NCBI GenBank assembly: GCA_029881805.1
Contig: JAOULW010000005.1
Location: 1 to 64,000, forward strand
DNA from: Candidatus Bathyarchaeota archaeon
GTDB lineage: Archaea; Thermoproteota; Bathyarchaeia; Bathyarchaeales; Bathycorpusculaceae
Direction: 5' to 3'
DNA length: 64,000 nucleotides
Shown: positions 27,659-37,793 of the stretch, in pieces
How the letters are laid out: the number at the start of each line of letters is the position of its first letter
Numbering within the stretch: the first letter of the stretch is position 1
The notes under the pieces: generated by a model
What the model was told of the DNA's origin: nothing
The model's database searches: none
The model's input: the letters and a program-made list of their open reading frames with translations, nothing else
Translations under genes and position numbers: made by a program

Positions 27659-29038
27659 TCAATTTTTCAGATGTACGAAGGGTGGTTTTCTTCTGTAAAT
27701 CATGATTGCGAATAATGTTGCCACCATCAAAAACACTATCATTGTGAGTGGTGATAACTCTGGTATCGTCGTTGTTCCGCTGATTTCTATGACATGATCA
27801 CTGTGCGCATAGTTGATGTAAAGATATTCAAAAGTCTCGTTGGAAGGCTGCAACTCTCTAACTTGAGGATAGGTTACAATAATTCCGTCAAACCTTACAT
27901 TATATGAGCCGTTAATCAAAACTTTGGGAATGCGAAGCCTACAGAAACCTTGACTTCCTATCTCTCCACGAACATTGAAAGTCAAAGCCGCATAAGATGA
28001 ATTAACCAAATAAAAACCGAAATTAGAGACTGAAGAATTGCTAATAATATTAACCTGATAATCAAAAGAGGTTTTAAAGCCACTAAACCTGCCCATCAAC
28101 GGGAGACTGTCTGCGTATAGTCCTCCACCTTCGAATATGTTGTATGGAGAATCGCCTATTCCGTTTTGATCCGCATCGGTTCCGTTATAGTCGCTCCAAT
28201 AATTTCCCTCAATACCATCGTCCCAATGAATCGTCGAGTTCGTGACCGCAGCTTGTATACTGTTGTTGACAATATTGTTATGGTAGATGAAGCTATCACT
28301 GGATTCGTCAATGTAAATGCCATATAACGGGTTATCGTTCACGTTATTTGCGACAACTGTGCAAATGCTTGAACTTACAATGCCTATTCCGTCAAAAGCG
28401 TTTTCATACACGTTATTTCGTGCAATCAAGCCATTCGTTGAAGAATTAGCATTGATTCCATACATTTCTTTTGAACCATATACAGTGTTGCCGCTGATTA
28501 TGAAGTTTTGCGTTTCTGTAACTAGAATGCCTCTATCGGTGTTATTTCCAACTACGTTACTATAGACGTTGCAATTAGTGGAATAGTCTATGAGAACAGC
28601 ATCCCCATAATTGTCAATTATGCTATTTTCTGAAATCAAAGAACCGCTAGAATTGTCAATGTGAATGCCGATGCTGCCGTTCTTGATCGAGAATCTTCTA
28701 ATAGTTACGCTGTCAGCAGTGACGTGAACAACTGTGTCTGTTCCATTCCCGTCAATGATCGTGCTGTATTGATTCTCTCCAACCAGCGATAGCGATTTGC
28801 CCACAACCACGTGCTCATAGTATATTCCTTCTTCGACAAAAATCGTGTGACCATTTGAAGTGGCGACGTCGTTTATCGCTTCTTGAATCGTCGTGTAATT
28901 TAAGGCAGTGTCAAGGTTGTGAACCCGATGGCTGTTGGGAGCTTTAACCTCGATTGGATAAAGCCTCATTAGCAATAAGGAGGACAGTAACGCAAATAGA
29001 ACCAAAACAAATGCTAGTTTTGTGTTCATGCCCCGCAC
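27659..29038 (-). CDS. secreted right-handed parallel beta-helix repeat protein (NosD/pectin-lyase-fold-like) with C-terminal TM anchor
   Basis: Signal peptide, repeated ~22-aa N/G/I-rich beta-helix repeats, and C-terminal TMIVFLMVATLFAIMIYRRK. Confidence 0.7.
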   Translation of the reverse strand: MRGMNTKLAFVLVLFALLSSLLLMRLYPIEVKAPNSHRVHNLDTALNYTTIQEAINDVATSNGHTIFVEEGIYYEHVVVGKSLSLVGENQYSTIIDGNGTDTVVHVTADSVTIRRFSIKNGSIGIHIDNSSGSLISENSIIDNYGDAVLIDYSTNCNVYSNVVGNNTDRGILVTETQNFIISGNTVYGSKEMYGINANSSTNGLIARNNVYENAFDGIGIVSSSICTVVANNVNDNPLYGIYIDESSDSFIYHNNIVNNSIQAAVTNSTIHWDDGIEGNYWSDYNGTDADQNGIGDSPYNIFEGGGLYADSLPLMGRFSGFKTSFDYQVNIISNSSVSNFGFYLVNSSYAALTFNVRGEIGSQGFCRLRIPKVLINGSYNVRFDGIIVTYPQVRELQPSNETFEYLYINYAHSDHVIEISGTTTIPELSPLTMIVFLMVATLFAIMIYRRKPPFVHLKN

Positions 29039-29345
29039 ATGGATACACCCTCTGCGTCAGTTTTATTCTTTATGGAATAATCTTCTGGTTTTGCTTAGCC
29101 CTTTGCTAGGAGCACTTCGTTTGGTAATGGTGACTCATAGTGTTGCCTTTTCTCTTTCTATGTCCAATGTTTGAAAATCTCTTCAGCAATTTGCAGCCAA
29201 AAACGAAAACTTTGATTTTCTACGTAAAGATAAGAATAGAGGCTTCCTCCAAAGAAAGTCAAACTCCAAATAGTCGAAGAGGTCTTGCACGCTCACACCC
29301 TATGCCTTCCTAAACTTCCCATGTTTTAATCTACCTTTTTATTAA

Positions 29346-30533
29346 CTATACCGTTCGTTTTTTCAATTTTGAGCCGACGCTGAGTAGCAAAAATGTTGCC
29401 ATTAACTGCACAATGAGAACGTAGAAAATCACTGCGATGAAAGGCGGCTTTGAAATCATCAAGAATCCGCATAATGCGCCGCTGATTAGCAAGCCAGCGC
29501 CGTAAGCTGTGTTGAAAATGCCATATGCTACTCCTCTTGAAGAAATCGGCGTTAATTCCGAGACTGCCGCGCGATAAATTGACTCCTGCATTCCGAGAAC
29601 CAGACCGAAGAATATCGAAGCCATCAAAAGCATAGTCAGCTCCGTGGTAAATAGCGTGAGCAAAGGAGGAAATATAGAAAGCATAAACGGCATGACTAAA
29701 ACTCTTGTTCCAAACTTGTCGTAAGCATACCCTGAAATCAAAGCCACAGGTGCGTCCACGCCTTGAATAAGCAAGTAGAATAAAGGTACAAACCACTGCA
29801 GATTCATCGGTTCAAGAATTTCCGAGGCCTTGAAAAGAATAAGGGTGTATGGTATAAACCCAACCGTGTTTAGTAGCACTGCAAAAGTGTAAACATAGAA
29901 AGGTCTTGCCAGTTTCTCTCCTATTCCCCTTGGGCTTGATGTGTCAACAATTGTTTTGGAACCGATTTTTCGATAAGCGTAGACCAAAACCCCAAGCAAT
30001 ACTAGAAAAGGCAGGAAAAGAAAACTGAAAGTATGCTGATAATTATTGTTACTGTGAAGCATTAATGCAAACACAAGCAATGGTCCTAGCATTCCGCCTA
30101 TCTGATCCAAAAGTTCATGAATGCCGAAGGCTTTACCCACCCCTACACCTTTGCTTATAATGGACAAGATTGCGTCTCTGGAAGGCGCTCTAAAGGCCTT
30201 CCCAAGTCTTTCAAGCGAGACAAGTATCACAACAATTTCCAAACTTGTGAATACTCCCAACAATGGAATCGAAACAATCAGCCCGTAACCTATGAACACG
30301 AAAGCCCAATACGCACGCGTCTTGTCCGCTAGAATGCCGGTGACGAGCCTGACAGCGTAACCCAAAAGATCCAATCCGCCGACCAAACCAGCAATTAGCG
30401 CCGACGTTCCTAGAAACTCCAGGTAACTGGGCAATACGCCTCTTGAGCCTTCGTACACGATGTCGCCCATCAAACTTATAATTCCGAGAAGAAGAATTCC
30501 GAAATAAGCGTTTTTAGTTCCTTTCAAAGGCAT
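29346..30533 (-). CDS. MFS transporter
   Basis: 395 aa with about 12 TM segments and MFS-type loop motifs. Confidence 0.8.
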   Translation of the reverse strand: MPLKGTKNAYFGILLLGIISLMGDIVYEGSRGVLPSYLEFLGTSALIAGLVGGLDLLGYAVRLVTGILADKTRAYWAFVFIGYGLIVSIPLLGVFTSLEIVVILVSLERLGKAFRAPSRDAILSIISKGVGVGKAFGIHELLDQIGGMLGPLLVFALMLHSNNNYQHTFSFLFLPFLVLLGVLVYAYRKIGSKTIVDTSSPRGIGEKLARPFYVYTFAVLLNTVGFIPYTLILFKASEILEPMNLQWFVPLFYLLIQGVDAPVALISGYAYDKFGTRVLVMPFMLSIFPPLLTLFTTELTMLLMASIFFGLVLGMQESIYRAAVSELTPISSRGVAYGIFNTAYGAGLLISGALCGFLMISKPPFIAVIFYVLIVQLMATFLLLSVGSKLKKRTV

Positions 30534-30691
30534 TATCTCTTCAAATTTCGAGCAGTTATTTTGCGTAAAACGTGATATTAAGCTTGCTTGATTTGTAGCT
30601 AAACATATGGAATCAACAGAATATTCTCTGAGCGAAAGCTTTTATTGAGGTCCACAACTTACTTTGGCAATATTCCAAAGGATGATACACA

Positions 30692-31399
30692 ATGGCTTTA
30701 CAGAAGGGCGATTTCATACTAATTGACTATGTTGCAAATGTGAAAGAGACAAACGAAGTCTTCGACACTACTAGTGAAGAGACCGCCAAAAAAGAACACT
30801 TGCACGAAGAGGGTGAAATGTACGAACCGAAACTGATAGTGATAGGAGAAGGATGGGTTCTTAAAGCCTTAGATGAGGCTCTAACGACAATGAAGATTGG
30901 CAAGGCTAGCTCTGTTGAAATATCGCCAGACAAAGCATTTGGAGAAAGAGACTCTGAAAAAGTCAAGCGAGTTCCGCTAAAACAGTTAACCGCCAAAGGA
31001 ATTACTCCGACCATTGGGGCACGCGTTGAATACGGCGGCAAAATGGCTAGCGTGCGGGCGATAGGGGCTGGACGTGTTTTGCTGGATTTCAATCCTCCAT
31101 TAGCAGGGAAAACGCTCGTTTATGACGTCACCGTAAAAAAGAAACTTCAAACCATAAACGAAAAAATCGCGGCTCTGATCCACCGCAGAATACCAATCGT
31201 GGAGGAAACCAAATTCAAATTCTCAATTAGAGCCAAAATTGTTAACATAGAAATGCCTGAAGAAGCCTTTTATTTGGAAGGAGTTCAAGTAGCGAAAAGA
31301 GGCATAGCCTTGGACATTCAAAAGTTTTTCCCGAAAATTACCAATGCTAAATTCATTGAAACCTTCAAAGCTAAACCCAAAACGACCACTACGAGCTAG
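30692..31399 (+). CDS. FKBP-type peptidyl-prolyl cis-trans isomerase (long archaeal FKBP/SlyD-like)
   Basis: FKBP domain (GDFILIDYVANV...GEGWVLKALDEAL) with IF-like insertion and C-terminal extension. Confidence 0.8.
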   Translation: MALQKGDFILIDYVANVKETNEVFDTTSEETAKKEHLHEEGEMYEPKLIVIGEGWVLKALDEALTTMKIGKASSVEISPDKAFGERDSEKVKRVPLKQLTAKGITPTIGARVEYGGKMASVRAIGAGRVLLDFNPPLAGKTLVYDVTVKKKLQTINEKIAALIHRRIPIVEETKFKFSIRAKIVNIEMPEEAFYLEGVQVAKRGIALDIQKFFPKITNAKFIETFKAKPKTTTTS

Positions 31400-31531
31400 T
31401 GAAACACTGCACGCGTCATATTCTAAAAGAAACACTTGACAATATTCTAACGTAATTGAACTTGATGAATAGTAAACTAGCATCTGAACGAGACGATGAT
31501 GATATCGCACTCTCTTATATTCACATGTGCG

Positions 31532-32053
31532 TCAAGGTGTTGCATAATCAATAGTCTTTTCATCGAGTACTTCATTGTTGGAATATAGTGTTGCAAAGAA
31601 CACTGGGCCTTTGTCGTATCCCAACCTGTTAAACAAGTATAAATCTGCAACACTGTAGAGATAGATCGTGATGGTTTTTGTCTCCTGTGCCCTCAGAGTT
31701 TCGATCATTTGTGTCTGTGAGGCGACAGTGAACTTGTGAAATACGATCTTCACGGCAAGTTCCAAGTCTGATGAGTCGCTGGCCTTTGAATTTTCAACAT
31801 TGATAATTAATTGGACATCGAAAAAGGCGGCGTCCATTATTCTGCTTTCTAATGGGATATACAAATGGAACCAACCAGAGGGGCGCGACCCGGTCTTTAT
31901 CTGAATATTCGTGATTCTAATAAGGTCTAATGGAGATTGCGACATAGACAAAGATAGGCGTGTTACAATTCCCGTAGCTACCAGAGCAGCCGGCACTACT
32001 GTGAGGAGTATCCAGTAGAGTCTTTTCCTATTCACTGCTCCTATCATGTTCAC
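31532..32053 (-). CDS. hypothetical membrane-anchored protein
   Basis: N-terminal TM helix (LYWILLTVVPAALVATGIV), otherwise unrecognised. Confidence 0.35.
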   Translation of the reverse strand: MNMIGAVNRKRLYWILLTVVPAALVATGIVTRLSLSMSQSPLDLIRITNIQIKTGSRPSGWFHLYIPLESRIMDAAFFDVQLIINVENSKASDSSDLELAVKIVFHKFTVASQTQMIETLRAQETKTITIYLYSVADLYLFNRLGYDKGPVFFATLYSNNEVLDEKTIDYATP

Positions 32054-32261
32054 TCTGACAGAGACGTGTGAAATAACTCTAATAAACCTTGGTTTAATAG
32101 AAACCTACATGCGAATCAATCTGCAGAACTGACCCAGTGAGATATTGTCTTCATAGTGAATGATTTCTTGTCGGTAGTTAAGCTGAACATGAAGATAATA
32201 AGATGAGTAGACGTTCAAGAATAATCAAAACGAATCATCTTTCCAGCAGAACCAATTCCAA

Positions 32262-33518
32262 CTACTCAGCGTTCACGTTCTCGATCGTATTCGTTTCTTC
32301 CACATGCCTCATGTTGGTAAAAAACCAAGAAAGCGTCATAATTAGAATTCCAGAAACGGAACACGCAAGAAAGAGGCTCGACGTTCCTATAAATCCAACT
32401 ACTACTCCTGAGAGAACCATGCCTAGTGGAGAGGCGGCGCTGGACAGTGCCCCAATAACTGAGGTTACTCTGCCAAACATTTTAGCAGGAATGATTGTCT
32501 GAAGTATAGTCTGAATCGACACATTGGCCACTGGAATACATAAGGCCATCACTAGCCCACCAATGGCCATGATCCAAAAATATCCTATAGGAGCGAATGC
32601 CAGAATAATATACCCGAAGAAAATTACGTATACTGAAAGCGCAACTGCGACCATCTTTCTTCGGAATCCTTTTATCAAAGACATTAGTACGCCCCCCGCT
32701 AGAATACCTCCCTGGAAGAACGCCATGACAAACGCCAATTCAGGGGCGTCGCCGAAATGTTCGAATTTTATATAATAAGGCATCAGAGTGCCAACAGGCG
32801 TAAGCAAGAAGTTCAACGTAGTCGCAACCATAGCAAAGGGTAAAACACCTCTTGCATGCCTTATGAAAGCTATGCCTTCTCCTAACTCCTTCTTAAAAGA
32901 ATTTCTGCCCGGATTTTTGTCTTCTCCATCTCTTACTGAAGGAATGGTGATTGCCAATAAGGGTAGCAAGGCCACCAAGAACGTGACTGCGTCAATCCAA
33001 AGAACTTGGCCGATTGGCCACACTTCCAGCAAAACAGCCGCAACCACAGGTCCGACTAACGTGACAGCACCATTGAAAAGAAAATTCAATCCATTCATCC
33101 GGCTCAGTTTGTCGCGAGGAACCATTAATGGAATGATAGCTGCGACCCCTGGACTGTGAAAAGCCTGAAACACGCCTCTCAGAGCAAGCAATACTAGGAC
33201 TTGCCACACTGAAACTGACCCAAGCGAAAACAGCAGGATTAAAATTACAGTGGCGAGGGCTTGCAAGAAGTCTACAATTCCGATCAAAGCTTTGCGGCTC
33301 CAACGATCAACAAAGACCCCGGCAAATGGAGAAAGAATTATTGCAGGAGCGAAACCGACGAGAGCAGCAAGAGACAAGTACAACGGACTGCCCGTCTCTA
33401 AGGTTACCCACCAAATAATCACGAATTGCGCAATAGATGAACCGAGCAAAGAGACTAGTTGTCCTACCCAGAAAGCCAGATAGCTCCTGAAAGTTGTCTC
33501 GCTAGGCTGAATTTGCAT
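32262..33518 (-). CDS. MFS transporter (EntS/macrolide-efflux-like)
   Basis: 418 aa, 12 TM segments, DRWSRK motif between TM2 and TM3. Confidence 0.85.
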   Translation of the reverse strand: MQIQPSETTFRSYLAFWVGQLVSLLGSSIAQFVIIWWVTLETGSPLYLSLAALVGFAPAIILSPFAGVFVDRWSRKALIGIVDFLQALATVILILLFSLGSVSVWQVLVLLALRGVFQAFHSPGVAAIIPLMVPRDKLSRMNGLNFLFNGAVTLVGPVVAAVLLEVWPIGQVLWIDAVTFLVALLPLLAITIPSVRDGEDKNPGRNSFKKELGEGIAFIRHARGVLPFAMVATTLNFLLTPVGTLMPYYIKFEHFGDAPELAFVMAFFQGGILAGGVLMSLIKGFRRKMVAVALSVYVIFFGYIILAFAPIGYFWIMAIGGLVMALCIPVANVSIQTILQTIIPAKMFGRVTSVIGALSSAASPLGMVLSGVVVGFIGTSSLFLACSVSGILIMTLSWFFTNMRHVEETNTIENVNAE

Positions 33519-33827
33519 GCTCTTTTCCTCAACACTCTTTTACGAAAGACCATAGGGTCGATTATTCTAATTTAATATTCTGGTGAAAGGTGGTCAGTTT
33601 CTTGGTCACGCAAAATAACGCACAAGCTGTCTTTTAAGGGTAGTTTTCGTCTTCTAGCACGTGTCGTAAGACGCACCTGTATTCTCTATCATCGAAATCT
33701 GAATCATATCTACTGAATAGCATTTGCTCATAGCAAGCAATATGCGCGCCCATGGAACCGCTTTTGCTTGTAATAGAAAAATCTTAAAGCGAGTTGCAAT
33801 CTATTATCCTGCAGAAGGGTTTGGCAA

Positions 33828-34142
33828 ATGGTGTACTGTACGAAGTGCGGAACCAAAAATTCTGATGACGCGAAAAAGTGTTCTCAGTGCGGATCGCCTT
33901 TGTATGCTATTGGCGACCGTCAATATTATAAGCGAATGGAAAAGGAATGCTTCGGAATTCCTGGAGGCGGTGCAATCGTAGGGATATCAATCGGCGCTAT
34001 CATCGTGTTGTGGGGTTTAATCTGGGTAATGCAGCAAGCTGAACTTATTCCCGAGACTGTAAATGTCTGGCCAGTCGCTATAATAATCTTTGGAGTGCTT
34101 ATGATTGTAGGTGCGATCTACGGATTGCGGCGAAGATTCTAA
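33828..34142 (+). CDS. zinc-ribbon membrane protein
   Basis: N-terminal CTKCG...CSQCG double CxxC, then two TM helices. Confidence 0.5.
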   Translation: MVYCTKCGTKNSDDAKKCSQCGSPLYAIGDRQYYKRMEKECFGIPGGGAIVGISIGAIIVLWGLIWVMQQAELIPETVNVWPVAIIIFGVLMIVGAIYGLRRRF

Positions 34143-34870
34143 AACTCTTTTTCTTTTTCGACTATTGTGCAGGGCTCCATACAGACATGACAAGTCCTCC
34201 AATGATCCCATTGAGAAAGTAAAATTCTGGTCAGAATCCATAAAATTATGAGTCCAATTAAGTAGAAGTCGACAAGTAAATTCTCTGTCAAACTGTCGAC
34301 TCCGACTAACGTCAGGAATCCACCTAGAACAAAAACGCTATTCAGTAGCAGTCTCAAATAGCCTTTCAATTTGAACTCAACCAAACCAAGAGCAACTGCC
34401 ACCTCTCCAAATAACACAGTTTCGAGGCTAGTCTCAAACAAATTCATTCCAAGAAAAAAATAAACTATGGTTCCCAGAAGAGCAATGAACGCCCCAAGTG
34501 CCAACCCAAAGCAAGCGGCACACAAAACGTTGTTACGCACGACCACTGTATGGTTAGAGAATCTGCCGCAATCGAAATGATGCCCCTTCAAAAACACTTT
34601 CTTCTCAGCTTTGCTTTCACCAGATGCAACCTTAATATTGGCTTTGTCATGCCCAAGCGCGCTCAAACACGTCCCCGGAACAACCGCAGCAAACATCCCT
34701 GCTGTGCAGACAATTGCAAACATCAAACCCACAAGAGGTCTTCGCCAAGCAAAGTCGTAATTATAAGCCGGAGGGTTGAAAGCAAGCATCAGAGTCGTCA
34801 GCATTCCGAAGATGCCAGCAGCGATGGTGAATGCCAAAAATTTGTGGAACAAGAACTTGGGCATACGCAA
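34139..34870 (-). CDS. polytopic membrane protein coupled to the B12-radical SAM gene
   Basis: 243 aa, about 6 TM segments, conserved Cys/His (CGRFSNH, CAACFG, CHVCMEPC). Start 5 nt after the upstream gene stop. Confidence 0.45.
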   Translation of the reverse strand: MRMPKFLFHKFLAFTIAAGIFGMLTTLMLAFNPPAYNYDFAWRRPLVGLMFAIVCTAGMFAAVVPGTCLSALGHDKANIKVASGESKAEKKVFLKGHHFDCGRFSNHTVVVRNNVLCAACFGLALGAFIALLGTIVYFFLGMNLFETSLETVLFGEVAVALGLVEFKLKGYLRLLLNSVFVLGGFLTLVGVDSLTENLLVDFYLIGLIILWILTRILLSQWDHWRTCHVCMEPCTIVEKEKEF

Positions 34871-34874
34871 CCAT

Positions 34875-36320
34875 CTAGAACAACTTTTTCAATTGGGCTA
34901 TTATGCCTCTTCGTGCCATGTACGAATAAATTCTTCTCTTCAGCTTATTGGACGAAAACAACCCTTGGAATCTTCGACTCCATGAACCGTAGAAGCTTCT
35001 GTAACATTCATACAATTCCTCTTGCACCTGTTTGGTTGAAAGAGTTTCTGTTGGCATTATTGCATGAATCATATCATAATGCGACCAGTTGAAGTCCTCA
35101 ATCCAACCGTTGCGTCTCGCTTCTTCATAGACTTGTGTGCCAGGAAAAGGCGTCAAAACAGAAAACAAAGAGAAATCTGGGTTCAACTCATTTGCAAAAG
35201 CTCTCACACGTGCAATTGACTCGGAGGTGTCCCTTCTTTCGCCAATTATGAACATGGCATGTGCGAATATGTCGTTCTCTTTTAGCAGTCTGACTGCATC
35301 TTTGGCTTCCTGGGGCTTTATACCCTTTCTGAAGCTCTGAAGGGTCGATAGTTCAGAGTTCTCTACGCCGAGGAGAACCCAGTTGAGTCCTGATTCTCGC
35401 AGTCTGGGCAACGCTTCTTTGTTATTGATAACATCATCGCATCTTGCTTGTACAAACCACATAAGATCTTCAGTGATTCCGCGTTCAATGATTTCCTCAG
35501 CCAGATCACGAGCACGTGAGCCTGCACCAAAGTTATCATCAGTGAGCCATATGAATCTGCTTCCAAAATTCGTGTAGCAAAACTCAATTTCGTCAGCAAT
35601 GCGCTTGGCTGATTTCAATCTCCATTTACCCTGCCAATGTCGCCATTGTGTACAGAAAGTACATTCATATGGACACCCCCGAGATCCCTCAACAAGCGCA
35701 TAAGGTGTATTCCTACCAGCCATGGCCGCGAAATGGTACTTGTGGATAATATCTTTCAGGAGATGATAACCTGGATAAGGAAGTTTCTCAAGATCCTCAA
35801 TCAATGGTCTTGGTGGATTGTGGACTGCTTTTCCTTCATGTCTAAATGATATTCCCATTATGTGCGAGAACGCTGATCTCCTATCTGCATTTACAGCAAG
35901 TTCAGCCAGCGTTTCCTCTCCTTCTCCTCGCACTATCACATCTATTTCAGGATATGTTCCTAGACTCTCCTCAGCAGTAGCTGTGAAGTGCTGCCCTCCA
36001 GTGACGGTTAGAATGCCAGGATCTACTTTCTTGGCTGCTTCAAGTGTTCTTACAACGGCGTAAGTGTTGCACGTGGCCAATGAACTTGATGCTACAACGT
36101 CAGGATTGAAAGATTCAATGTGTCTTTCTAAGCCATGCCAGTCAATTTGCTTCGCGTTGCAGTCCAGAACCTCAATCTCGATGTTTTCAATCCTCTTCTC
36201 AAGAAAAGCAGCAAGCTGGATGATACCATAAGGGGGAGGCAAGTACTCCCCCATAACGAACCAAACATCTTTAGGCGGTTCAACGAATAGAATTTTCATT
36301 TCCAGCATGCCTTTTACCAT
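34875..36320 (-). CDS. B12-binding domain radical SAM protein (class B)
   Basis: N-terminal cobalamin-binding domain (KILFVEPP...YGIIQLAAFL) and radical-SAM CPYECTFC (CxxxCxxC) core. Confidence 0.85.
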   Translation of the reverse strand: MVKGMLEMKILFVEPPKDVWFVMGEYLPPPYGIIQLAAFLEKRIENIEIEVLDCNAKQIDWHGLERHIESFNPDVVASSSLATCNTYAVVRTLEAAKKVDPGILTVTGGQHFTATAEESLGTYPEIDVIVRGEGEETLAELAVNADRRSAFSHIMGISFRHEGKAVHNPPRPLIEDLEKLPYPGYHLLKDIIHKYHFAAMAGRNTPYALVEGSRGCPYECTFCTQWRHWQGKWRLKSAKRIADEIEFCYTNFGSRFIWLTDDNFGAGSRARDLAEEIIERGITEDLMWFVQARCDDVINNKEALPRLRESGLNWVLLGVENSELSTLQSFRKGIKPQEAKDAVRLLKENDIFAHAMFIIGERRDTSESIARVRAFANELNPDFSLFSVLTPFPGTQVYEEARRNGWIEDFNWSHYDMIHAIMPTETLSTKQVQEELYECYRSFYGSWSRRFQGLFSSNKLKRRIYSYMARRGIIAQLKKLF

Positions 36321-36496
36321 AACTAGGAACCCACTCGCTTAAAAGCAGCGCGCGTTTGAGCTGAGAAAATGGGCTACTAGAATTGTGCGTAGCTAGCCTC
36401 CTGCAACCCGCTTTTCCTGTCGTTGCACGCTGTGTACCGCAAACAAGTCTTAAATGAACGAGGCAAATGCTTGACGTAGAGGAAGAAGTGAGTTAA

Positions 36497-37201
36497 TTGG
36501 ATGAAGAAGCATTCAGGAAATTCTTGAAACGAGGCGGAAGATCTCAAGGTGCAACCAAGCGTGCGATTGTACAGGTTACGGAATTCGAGCGATATTTGCG
36601 AGAAGAGCGGGATTGCAGGAACATTGATAGGGCGTCTCCTGCAGACCTTGAAGCATTCGTCTCCCATATTGAAGAAAAGAGAAAAGGTGCTGCTAAACTA
36701 TATTTGTGGGGCATTCGTTACTTTTATGACCACACTGCAGACGAAAAAATGTGCAGTCTCGCAGGAAAGCTTCGGCAGCAATTAGTCAAACAGAAGCCTT
36801 TCCTATTGAAAGACTTTCGTGGAATCAATCCTGCGTATGTGGACAAGCTTAAAGTTCTAGGCATTCGAAGTTCGAACGAAATGCTTGAAGCAGGGCGAAC
36901 ACACAAGGATAGAGAAGAGCTTTCAGCAAAGACTGGAATAGGAGCTGAAACGCTTCTTGAGCTTGTGAAACTATCGGACCCGGCGAGGATTCGAGGCGTG
37001 AAGAGTACTCGAGCACGACTATACTTTGATGCTGGAGTTGACACTGTGGAGAAGATGGCGAAATGGGACCCTGAGAAGCTTAGAACTATGCTTATTGATT
37101 TTGTTGAAAAGACGGGCTTCGATGGAATAGCTCCGTTACCCAAGGAGGCTGAGTTCTCAGTCGCAGAAGCCAAAAGACTCCCACGAATAGTTGAATATTA
37201 A
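36497..37201 (+). CDS. DUF4332-like helix-hairpin-helix domain protein
   Basis: Repeated HhH-like segments (INPAYVDKLKVLGIRSSNEML; GIGAETLLELVKLSD). Confidence 0.4.
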   Translation: MDEEAFRKFLKRGGRSQGATKRAIVQVTEFERYLREERDCRNIDRASPADLEAFVSHIEEKRKGAAKLYLWGIRYFYDHTADEKMCSLAGKLRQQLVKQKPFLLKDFRGINPAYVDKLKVLGIRSSNEMLEAGRTHKDREELSAKTGIGAETLLELVKLSDPARIRGVKSTRARLYFDAGVDTVEKMAKWDPEKLRTMLIDFVEKTGFDGIAPLPKEAEFSVAEAKRLPRIVEY

Positions 37202-37256
37202 AAGAAATAAAGTAGCCTCAAAGAGAACCAAGTGTATCCACGAATATCCCCGCACA

Positions 37257-37661
37257 TTAGTGGGTATACTTCCTCTTGTAGTGTTTTGGATCTTGAACAA
37301 CTTCTAGTTCGTTGTTGTCAGGGTCGAGGAAATCAGCGACTATACCACCCCAAAGCATCTCAGTTGGCTTGATGGTGAATTTGACTCCATGTTCCTTGAG
37401 TCTTTCATAAAGCGCGTAGATGTCATCCGTATCGAAGACTATTCCGGTTCGCTTTTTCCTCCGAGATTTCTTCCCTGTTGCGTGCAAGCCGATCTTTGCT
37501 AAAGGCTCATCTGGACCAACCTCTGCATGATTGAACATTCTAGCGTCAAGAACTGTCGGTAAGCCAAGGATTTCGTTATAAAATTTCAAGGCTATGTCCA
37601 TGTCGGAAACACGAATCATAGTCAACCAAAGACGTGTTATTCTGCCCTTTCTTTTCTTCAT
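37257..37661 (-). CDS. VOC family (glyoxalase/bleomycin-resistance fold) protein
   Basis: 134 aa, paired beta-alpha-beta-beta-beta modules with ..DPDNNELEV.. Confidence 0.7.
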   Translation of the reverse strand: MKKRKGRITRLWLTMIRVSDMDIALKFYNEILGLPTVLDARMFNHAEVGPDEPLAKIGLHATGKKSRRKKRTGIVFDTDDIYALYERLKEHGVKFTIKPTEMLWGGIVADFLDPDNNELEVVQDPKHYKRKYTH

Positions 37662-37793
37662 GCTTACACCATCACAGAGTTATACTTGCTTTTTGTTTAT
37701 CTTTTTTGTGTGTTGAGCTTTTTATCGCGTTTTTCACGTTAAATACTCGTTCAATGGTGCGGGCGCACTACGGTTTGATAGGATTCGTCCATT

